DNA from: Bdellovibrionales bacterium
GTDB lineage: Bacteria; Bdellovibrionota; Bdellovibrionia; Bdellovibrionales; CAYMLA01
Assembly (NCBI GenBank): GCA_965217115.1
Contig: OZ244239.1
Span: 1,568,001-1,632,000 of the forward strand
Reading direction: 5' to 3'
DNA: 64,000 bases
The translations under genes and the position numbers were made by a program. Below are positions 57,007-64,000 of this stretch, piece after piece (the stretch's first letter is position 1; each line of letters opens with the position of its first letter). The notes under the pieces were generated by a model. It was not told the origin of the DNA and did not search any database. It saw only the letters and a program-made list of their open reading frames with translations.

Positions 57007-58406
57007 CAGAAGAAGACCCTGATAGACAAGAACTAACAGTTATTCCAGATCGCCCACCGAGTTTGGATGAAAAGGGAACTCGTCTTTTTGTTATTCCAGC
57101 CAAAGTAAAAGGTAAATTTAGAAGTGCAAGAAATTGGGTTTATAGTTTTTTGCTATTTGTTTTTTTAGTTGTGCCATGGACGAATTATCAAGGGGAACAG
57201 AGTATTTTCCTCGATATAATAAAAAAACGTTTTGTTTTTTTTGGACATACTTTTTTCTCCCATGATGGGCCACTTTTATTCTTTCTTTTAGCTCTAGTTG
57301 TTTTCACCATTGTGTTTTTTACGGCTGTTCTAGGTCGAGTGTGGTGTGGATGGGCTTGTCCTCAGACTGTATTCATTGATTTTGTTTATCGTCGCATTGA
57401 AGAGTGGATTGAAGGTAATCACTTAATGCGGAGAAAATTAGGTCAGGAAGATTGGAGTTTTAAAAAAGTTTTAAAAAAGGTTATTAAGTGGTGTCTTTTT
57501 TTTCTAGTAAGTTCTCATATTGCTCATAGCTTCACCGCTTATTTTGTTGGAGCGAAAAGCCTGGTTTGGTTAACTATGGAGTCTCCGATGGAACATTGGG
57601 GATTATTTTTATGGGTGCAAATATTTACTATATTGATGATGATTAATTTTGGTTGGTTTAGAGAACAATTTTGTTTAATTGTTTGTCCTTACGGAAGACT
57701 TCAATCCACATTGATGGATAAAAATTCATTGGCAATTATGTATGACACTCATCGGGGAGAGCCTCGTAAGAAAAGAGGGATTAAAGATCAGGCTGGAGAT
57801 TGTATTGATTGTTTGAGGTGTGTGAATGTTTGTCCTACAGGAATTGATATTCGTAATGGATTACAAATGGAATGTATTGCTTGCACAGCCTGTATTGATG
57901 TTTGTGATGAGGTGATGGTTAAAATTAAAAAACCAGTGGGGCTTATTAGATATTCCAGTGAAGCGGAGTTGAGTGGAGAAAAAAGACGATCAATAAATTT
58001 GAGAACATTAGTTTATGCGAGTGTTCTTGTTGTTTTGATTACAGGTTTGGTAACGGCTCTTTCTTTAAGGTCAGACGTGGATGTGAAAATTGTTCGTGCA
58101 ATTGAGGCTCCTTATAGCTTTGTTGGTGATGGTGAAATCATAAATCACTTTAGAATTCATGTCACAAACCAAACATCTGAAAGTATTCAATTAGAGAATT
58201 TGATATTATTGGAAAATAGAATCCAACTGGTAAGTCCTCAGTTGAGGCAAAAAATTTCGGCGGGAGAATCCAAATGGATACATATATTTATGACTTTCTC
58301 TAAGGAACTGGTTAAGAATGGGAGGTTAAATGTAAAATGGATTTTAAATTACAGTGGAACAGAGAAAAAGAGCAGTAATGGAAGCTTAGTGCTATTATCT
58401 CCCTAG
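57003..58406 (+). CDS. ccoG: Cytochrome oxidase accessory Fe-S protein
   Basis: GRVWCGWACPQTV, CIDCLRCVNVCPTGIDIR, CIACTACIDVC. Confidence 0.93.
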   Translation: MTEEDPDRQELTVIPDRPPSLDEKGTRLFVIPAKVKGKFRSARNWVYSFLLFVFLVVPWTNYQGEQSIFLDIIKKRFVFFGHTFFSHDGPLLFFLLALVVFTIVFFTAVLGRVWCGWACPQTVFIDFVYRRIEEWIEGNHLMRRKLGQEDWSFKKVLKKVIKWCLFFLVSSHIAHSFTAYFVGAKSLVWLTMESPMEHWGLFLWVQIFTILMMINFGWFREQFCLIVCPYGRLQSTLMDKNSLAIMYDTHRGEPRKKRGIKDQAGDCIDCLRCVNVCPTGIDIRNGLQMECIACTACIDVCDEVMVKIKKPVGLIRYSSEAELSGEKRRSINLRTLVYASVLVVLITGLVTALSLRSDVDVKIVRAIEAPYSFVGDGEIINHFRIHVTNQTSESIQLENLILLENRIQLVSPQLRQKISAGESKWIHIFMTFSKELVKNGRLNVKWILNYSGTEKKSSNGSLVLLSP

Positions 58407-58478
58407 AAAAATGTAGATTTTACGCATTGCTCATTAAAGCCCCTTTTGTTAGAATTTGTTATTACTTAAGGGATTTTT

Positions 58479-59195
58479 ATGCTGAAAAAAAAGAAAGCAA
58501 TTGATTGTTTTACCTGTTCGGGACGTGTAAATGGCATATTTTGTGAGTTAGAGGGTGAAACTTTATCTTATTTAGATCAGAGTAAAAATTTTAATGTATA
58601 TAAAAAGGGACAAAATCTTTTTCTAGAGGGAAACCCTCCTTTTGGTCTTTACTGTATACATAGTGGGAAAGTCAAATTAACCAAATCAGATGCATCTGGA
58701 AAAGAAACAATAATTCGTCTGGCATCATCAGGAGAGATTTTAGGCCATCGCAGCTTATTTTCAGATAGCTCCTATAGGGCATCTGCGACAGTTTTAGAAG
58801 AAGGGCAGATCTGTTTTATTAGTAAGCAAACAATAAATGAGTTAATACAAAAAGAAGCTAAGGTGTCCCTGCAAATAATCAAGAAATTGAGTGAACAAAT
58901 TGGAATAGCTGAAGATAAAATTGCAAGCATGGCTCGTAAAAACCTACGAAAAAGATTTGCAGAGTTATTACTTTTGTTTAAAGAGAAATATGGTGTGCAA
59001 GAAGATGGTAAAATTTTTTTAGATATTAAATTAACTAGAGAAGAAATGTCATCTATGGTTGGTGCTGCTCCAGAAAATATTATTAGGTTAGTAACTGAAT
59101 TCAAGAAATCGGGTTATATAGAGCAAATAGGAAAGGATATTTATATACTAAATATTGAAGGTCTTGAGAGTGAAGCTGGTTTAAGTGACTTTTGA
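58479..59195 (+). CDS. Crp/Fnr-family regulator with N-terminal Cys cluster
   Basis: CFTC-X8-C plus a central Cys; cNMP fold; HTH LTREEMSSMVGAAPENIIR. Confidence 0.9.
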   Translation: MLKKKKAIDCFTCSGRVNGIFCELEGETLSYLDQSKNFNVYKKGQNLFLEGNPPFGLYCIHSGKVKLTKSDASGKETIIRLASSGEILGHRSLFSDSSYRASATVLEEGQICFISKQTINELIQKEAKVSLQIIKKLSEQIGIAEDKIASMARKNLRKRFAELLLLFKEKYGVQEDGKIFLDIKLTREEMSSMVGAAPENIIRLVTEFKKSGYIEQIGKDIYILNIEGLESEAGLSDF

Positions 59196-59202
59196 GAAAT
59201 AA

Positions 59203-59216
59203 CTGATAAATATCAG
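59203..59216. promoter_or_regulatory. Fnr-type palindrome
   Basis: CTGAT-AAAT-ATCAG, centred about 42 bp upstream of ATG 59252. Confidence 0.6.
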
Positions 59217-59251
59217 AGATATTTTTTCTTACATAGATCACACTTTGTAAT

Positions 59252-59599
59252 ATGTGCGATGTAAGAACATTTAGGGCAGACTCTAAAATAGTCTCATTGA
59301 TCTGTAGACTTTGGCCTCCTAAGAAATTTTCTCAGAGTTTTATCCTTTTCTACGAAGGTCAAATACCTAATGTGGCAATATTATTGACTTCAGGAATTGT
59401 AGAAATTGAAAGTCCAACAGGAGTAAAAATATTTAAGCAGTACACTTTATTTGGGTTAGACGAGTTATTAGATAAAAAACCATCTTTAATGAGTGTTAAA
59501 ATTCTAGAAAACTCAGAAGCATGCATATTTGATAGTGTGTCTTTTTCTCAGAAAAATCAATTTTATGAGGAACTAGTGGAAGTTAATAACAGAACTTAA
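59252..59599 (+). CDS. Stand-alone cyclic-nucleotide-binding-fold protein
   Basis: LFYEGQIP..ILLTSGIVEI..FGLDELL..SVKI. Confidence 0.6.
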   Translation: MCDVRTFRADSKIVSLICRLWPPKKFSQSFILFYEGQIPNVAILLTSGIVEIESPTGVKIFKQYTLFGLDELLDKKPSLMSVKILENSEACIFDSVSFSQKNQFYEELVEVNNRT

Positions 59600-59621
59600 T
59601 TTAAATATAAAGAGGCTGTAA

Positions 59622-59876
59622 AAAAACTATTCGCCCAAGTTAAACCACCAGACCAAATCCCTTTTAAGGGAACAGGGGGTAAGAACGACTTTTATCAGTG
59701 ATTTATTTAGAGGATTTGTCGCTTTATCTTTGATTGCAGTGGTTTAGCATAGTTGCAGCGTGAAGCAAATGGCATCCAAGGCCGCCAACGCCCATAAAAA
59801 GGGACTGACAAGCTATGGGGCATATTTGAGGATGCTGACGGGCCATCAGGGTTCTTGGGCAAAATCTATAGACTAA
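59622..59876 (+). pseudogene. Repeat family B copy 3: longest remnant of an unidentified gene
   Basis: Frame KNYSPKLNHQTKSLLREQGVRTTFISDLFRGF...(TAG at 59745)...MASKAANAHKKGLTSYGAYLRMLTGHQGSWAKSID*. Confidence 0.55.
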
Positions 59877-59899
59877 CGTGGTTTTTGGATTAAAAAAGC

Positions 59900-59930
59900 A
59901 GGGCCAGCTATTCAAAACTGGCCCTTTTTT
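59900..59930 (+). terminator. Intrinsic terminator
   Basis: agggccag-ctattcaaaa-ctggccct followed by T-tract. Confidence 0.8.
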
Positions 59931-59932
59931 CA

Positions 59933-59968
59933 CTGTCTTCTCGTCTGAGGTCTGATTATTTACCTAGC
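59933..59968 (-). repeat. Repeat family A, diverged 5' end
   Basis: Reverse complement ctaggtaaataatcagacctcagacgagaag versus ctaggtaaatagtcatccctcagccgacaag. Confidence 0.5.
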
Positions 59969-60127
59969 TGTTCCCAAGGTTGTACGTTGTCAAATCTTTG
60001 GGCATAACAATGGAAGTTCGACACCTGCATGTAAGGCTTAGGGTAGTAGAATAGTCACCTTAATTGGTATGATTTTAGCATCTCACAGTAGTAGGTAGGG
60101 AAAAAAATCATTACAAAGGAGAACGCT

Positions 60128-60727
60128 ATGAATGGAATGTATTTAAAAAATGGGCTGATTATCTTAATGTTGATGTCTTTAATACAAGGCTGTGCTCCAC
60201 AGAACTTTAATAGTAATCCCAAAAGTACTCTTAACTCCACCGATGGCTTCGTTGTTGATGACAGTTTTATAACATTGCCAAATCAAAAAGTCCTTAAATC
60301 CTTAAGGTATTATAAGAACTCTGGTTTTTGGAGTGGAAATAGTTATATAAATGCAGTGTTCCTTATGGAACAAAATAACTTCAGGATTGTTTTTGAGAAG
60401 GGATCGTCTGGCGGGGTTACTTCATGTTCATCTATTGACTTAGAAATAAATGAACTCGAAGAAGTTATTTCTTTGATGACTAATATGAGAATATCTAATT
60501 ATGTTTATAATGGACCACCAATTTCAGACTCAGAACATGTTTTTATTGAGCTATCTTTTAGAGGCCAGAGTTTTTCAGAACAAGCGTATCTGCATAGAAA
60601 CAACCGTCCCTTTGCTAAAAGTGGAGATTATGTGAACAATAACTCAAATGAAATCAGACAATACCTAGATTCAATTTTAGTACAAGAGTCAAGGGAGAAT
60701 CAAAGTAATGAGTGTATACTCATTTGA
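60128..60727 (+). CDS. Hypothetical lipoprotein
   Basis: AGGAG RBS; lipobox-like IQGC. Confidence 0.75.
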   Translation: MNGMYLKNGLIILMLMSLIQGCAPQNFNSNPKSTLNSTDGFVVDDSFITLPNQKVLKSLRYYKNSGFWSGNSYINAVFLMEQNNFRIVFEKGSSGGVTSCSSIDLEINELEEVISLMTNMRISNYVYNGPPISDSEHVFIELSFRGQSFSEQAYLHRNNRPFAKSGDYVNNNSNEIRQYLDSILVQESRENQSNECILI

Positions 60728-60872
60728 GTAATGGTTTTTGCTCAGCCCAGGTTTATTATTCTTCGTTTTAAACTTTCGAGGGAATTTGTCCAGAATAGAT
60801 GACCTATTTCTAAACCAACACTTTGTCCTTCCCAGTCTTTCTTTTGTACAATTCCCTCTGATGTTACACTAA

Positions 60873-61056
60873 AGATCCATTGACCCATTGATTGAATACG
60901 GCATTTTTTTCTAGAGTCTCTCCCAAAAGAATCCAGTTCTTTTCGGCGAGTTTGGCTTGGCGACTTCCATTGCATTTCTCTGCAATGGAAGGTGACAAAC
61001 GGATGTTTGAGCAAGAAAAGGGCTGGATTCTTTTGGGAGAGACTCTAGAAAAAAAC
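60873..61056. mobile_element. MITE-like palindromic element, copy 2
   Basis: About 5 substitutions relative to 21452-21636; same TIRs and inner hairpin. Confidence 0.7.
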
Positions 61057-61241
61057 CAGCGCCACTATTTATCACAAAGAACATCAAAGATGTCGTTGAT
61101 GGGAGCAGTTTATTGGGAGAGCCCATGGTTTTGGGTTCCCGTATTTTTTTGTGTGAAAAACGGGGTAAGATGGTAAAGGTAGATGCAGAAGATAAAAATC
61201 TGAGCTATTTTGGTAATGGGTGTTCGCAATAGCTTGATTAT

Positions 61242-61326
61242 TGGTGCCCAATGAGGGAGTCGAACCCCCACGCCTTTCGGCACTAGATCCTAAGTCTAGC
61301 GTGTCTGCCAGTTCCACCAATTGGGC
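61242..61326 (-). tRNA. tRNA-Leu (anticodon TAG)
   Basis: GCCCAAT acceptor stem, ctaga-ctTAGga-tctag anticodon arm, long variable arm, GGTTCGACT T-loop, encoded CCA. Confidence 0.97.
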
Positions 61327-61396
61327 GATAAAAAAGCTAAGATAAAATTTAACAATTTTGTCTCTTTGTCGCAATGAAAAAAAGAGACTTCTAACC

Positions 61397-61786
61397 CTAT
61401 TTTTGTTCGATGAGCCTACGATATTCAGGGGCGCGTATGATATTGGCCAATTCTTTCTCGTTGTCCATTTCTATGCGAATGAGCCAGCCTTCGTTCATGG
61501 GGTCATCATTTAAAATACCTGTATTGCTCTCGATGCCTTCATTGACCTCGATGACCGTGCCTGAAACTGGGGCAATAAGGTCATTGGTTGCCTTGACGCT
61601 CTCGATAACACCAAAAGGTTCTGATTGAGTGACCTTTTGACCTTCTTCTGGAAGTTCAGCGTAGACGATCTCCCCAAGTGAATCTTGGGCATATTCGGTG
61701 ATTCCTACGGTGACGATATTTTCATCTACATTGGCCCACTCGTGGTCTTTTGTGTAATGATTTTCTTCTGGTATATTAAACCCCAT
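61397..61786 (-). CDS. gcvH: Glycine cleavage system H protein
   Basis: YTKDHEW, GITEYAQ..LG, lipoyl site ESVKA, NDDPM.EGW. Confidence 0.96.
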   Translation of the reverse strand: MGFNIPEENHYTKDHEWANVDENIVTVGITEYAQDSLGEIVYAELPEEGQKVTQSEPFGVIESVKATNDLIAPVSGTVIEVNEGIESNTGILNDDPMNEGWLIRIEMDNEKELANIIRAPEYRRLIEQK

Positions 61787-61794
61787 TTTATCTC

Positions 61795-62907
61795 CTACTC
61801 GCTCTTTGGCTTTACAAAGGGTGTTTTAACAACAAGAGATTTAGCTTTTCGGCCACGAATGTCAATATAGAATTCAGTCCCCTGAGCTGAGATATCAGTA
61901 GGGAGGTAGGCGATACCAATAGCTTCCCCCAGAGAGGGCGACATTGTGCCACTTGTCACATGGCCAATTTCTTGTCCATCACTGTTGATGATCTTAGAAC
62001 CCTGCCGTGCAATGCCCTTATCAAGGATTTTAAAGCCGACAAGCTTTCTCTGTGATTTTGACTCCTTGGCATTAAGGAGAGCCGTTTTTCCAATAAATTC
62101 TTTAAGTTGAGGTTTTACAACCCAGCCTAATCCAGCTTCGTAGGGGGTGGTTGTGTCAGTGATTTCATTTCCGTAAAGACTGTATTTCATCTCTGTTCTT
62201 AGGGTGTCACGGGCTCCGAGGCCGGCTGGTTGCAAATGATATTTTTTTCCTACCTGAAGGAGGTGATTCCAGAAACTTGCAGCGCCGTCCTTTTGGATGA
62301 AGAACTCAAACCCATGCTCTCCTGTGTAACCCGTGCGAGCGAGAATACCCTGGTCATTTTTCCAACTGATATGTTTGAAGGAAAAAAGAGAGGTGTCGCT
62401 GACATTTTGCTCAAAAACCTCGTCCATAAGCTTTAACGCTTTGGGTCCTTGTATGGCAATCTGCGCCCAAAGCTCACTGTCGTTACTCAATTCGGCATTA
62501 AATTTATTGTTACTTACAACCCAATTCCAATCTTTTTCGATATTAGCGGCATTGACACATAGGAGGTAGTGATCGTTTTTTTCTAAACAATAGATAATAA
62601 GGTCATCGACAATACCTCCCTCTGGATTTGTTAATAAGGAGTATTGAGCTTGACCGTTTTCTAATTTAGCCACGTGGTTTGTCGTTAGCCATTCTAATGT
62701 CTCAAGAGCATTGGGGCCACTGACCCGAAACTCACCCATGTGGGAGACATCAAAAATACCGACATTATTACGTACAGCTTCATGCTCTATGCGTAACCCT
62801 TTGTACTGCACAGGCATGGACCAACCAACAAAAGGAACCATGCGTGCACCTAAGCGAATGTGTTCATTGTAGAGAGGAGTTTTTTTTGGATTTTCTACGT
62901 CACTCAT
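61795..62907 (-). CDS. gcvT: Glycine cleavage system aminomethyltransferase T
   Basis: FDVSHMG, RTGYTGE.GFE, GLGARDTLRTE, VTSG. Confidence 0.97.
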   Translation of the reverse strand: MSDVENPKKTPLYNEHIRLGARMVPFVGWSMPVQYKGLRIEHEAVRNNVGIFDVSHMGEFRVSGPNALETLEWLTTNHVAKLENGQAQYSLLTNPEGGIVDDLIIYCLEKNDHYLLCVNAANIEKDWNWVVSNNKFNAELSNDSELWAQIAIQGPKALKLMDEVFEQNVSDTSLFSFKHISWKNDQGILARTGYTGEHGFEFFIQKDGAASFWNHLLQVGKKYHLQPAGLGARDTLRTEMKYSLYGNEITDTTTPYEAGLGWVVKPQLKEFIGKTALLNAKESKSQRKLVGFKILDKGIARQGSKIINSDGQEIGHVTSGTMSPSLGEAIGIAYLPTDISAQGTEFYIDIRGRKAKSLVVKTPFVKPKSE

Positions 62908-63018
62908 TATTGGTCCCTTTAATTAATCTACCTCAAGTAAAAAAAAACGACGGGAGGTAGAGGGCCTTAATAATGGTTGAAAATAATCAGATAAGAAACC
63001 AATTATGCATAGAGTCGT

Positions 63019-64000
63019 TTAGGTTTTTGATTTTAATGACTGAAATTCAATTTTGAACTGTGGAGGTACTCTGAGTTCGTTGGCTTTAATGTCTAGCTCA
63101 TCAGGAAGTTTAACAAGGGTTCCTCGGGGAATCTCCTGTGCGTTGTTATTTTTTTTAAGCCAAGTGAGAAATTCTCTCTGAGGTCCACGGCATATGAGCT
63201 GCCGTATTTTCCCTTTTTCCTTGAGTGAATCTCCCGTCGTTCGTGCTGTGTTTCTTGGAAAAGGCTTTGGGGCTTCTCTACTAGCAAGAAGGTAGCTGTA
63301 AGTGAGGGTTTTATTTTTAATAGTGAGCTGTTTTTCAATATTTTGAAACCACGGTGGTTGTTGCCAGTGAATCCTGTGATGACACCAGTCTTTTTTTGAT
63401 TGTTCTAACAAAGGGCAGGGGTTTTGATGGGTACAGGGGCCCCAAATATAAAAACCTTTGTTTTGGAGATAGGCCCTCCACTCCATGAGTCTTCGTCCAT
63501 CAGCACGAGTGGATGGTTCAATGAAAACAAGGTGATCAAGCTGTTCAATCCAAGGGGGCATTTCATTTAGTTCCGTGAGTGAATATGAAAATAAGCCAAG
63601 AGATTTTTTTTCAGGAGAGATAAGATTGTTGTCCCAACAATGATGCCAGGAAGAATTGATTTCGATGTTTTTCACGACGGATTTATGGAGTCCTATTGCT
63701 TTTTCTGAAGTTTCGATACAGGTGAGAGAATTAATGCTGATTTCATTGTTTGTGATAAATGGTAGAGAACCAGCCCCTGTCCCTGAGCCAAAATCTAGAA
63801 GATGATGGGTGTTTTTTGCAAAATCTAAACGATTGATTTCTCTGTAGAGGCTTAAGCTTCTTATGAAGTTAAGCGGAAGATAATAGGAGCTATAGGCAAT
63901 TTGTGTAAAGGCTTCTTCCCAGGGAGTCGCGCTGTGGGGGTTGTCGATGTAATAGTCTGAGAGAGTTTTTATGCTCTCGGCGATTTTTTTTGTATCAGTG
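63019..64000 (-). CDS. Rsm22-like SAM-dependent methyltransferase, 5' end outside the window
   Basis: Frame stays open past 63675 to the window edge with AY..YYLPLN and LDFGSGTGAG; IEP, PCTHQNPCPL, DWCH motifs. Confidence 0.8.
   Translation of the reverse strand, partial: TDTKKIAESIKTLSDYYIDNPHSATPWEEAFTQIAYSSYYLPLNFIRSLSLYREINRLDFAKNTHHLLDFGSGTGAGSLPFITNNEISINSLTCIETSEKAIGLHKSVVKNIEINSSWHHCWDNNLISPEKKSLGLFSYSLTELNEMPPWIEQLDHLVFIEPSTRADGRRLMEWRAYLQNKGFYIWGPCTHQNPCPLLEQSKKDWCHHRIHWQQPPWFQNIEKQLTIKNKTLTYSYLLASREAPKPFPRNTARTTGDSLKEKGKIRQLICRGPQREFLTWLKKNNNAQEIPRGTLVKLPDELDIKANELRVPPQFKIEFQSLKSKT

Noticed and set aside
50140..61242. tRNA-Leu-integrated island with att duplication
   Set aside because: No second copy of the tRNA 3' end and no integrase found by eye
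61084..61374. 96-aa ORF
   Set aside because: Overlaps tRNA-Leu; spurious

Overview
Low-GC bacterial chromosomal window. Gene content and order (rsmD-coaD-aminotransferase, pal-cpoB-tsaD-rsmA-smpB, dacB-lytic transglycosylase, fused ccoNO, many secreted hydrolases) suggest a Bdellovibrionota-like organism; this is inference, not a database result. Three zones. (1) 1-28 kb: a variable region of mostly secreted proteins (PAD-type arginine deiminase, zinc metalloproteases, subtilase, phosphatases, small Cys-rich proteins), pseudogenes and many fragments of a dispersed two-hairpin repeat. It also holds an ABC-F gene with a candidate uORF attenuator and a porin/metal-SBP/permease operon preceded by a DUF2946-like CxxC/RAPP leader ORF whose Pro-Pro codons can pair with the downstream Shine-Dalgarno. 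(2) 28-50 kb: core housekeeping and envelope genes. (3) 50-61 kb: a cbb3 oxidase/Fnr cluster flanked by decayed paralogue 3' ends, an IS3-like end and a MITE-like element, followed by tRNA-Leu, gcvH, gcvT and a partial Rsm22-like methyltransferase. The best candidates for undescribed biology are the RAPP arrest-peptide control of an ATPase-less metal-uptake operon and the structured repeat family of the secreted-protein region. Repeat boundaries were read by eye and are approximate.
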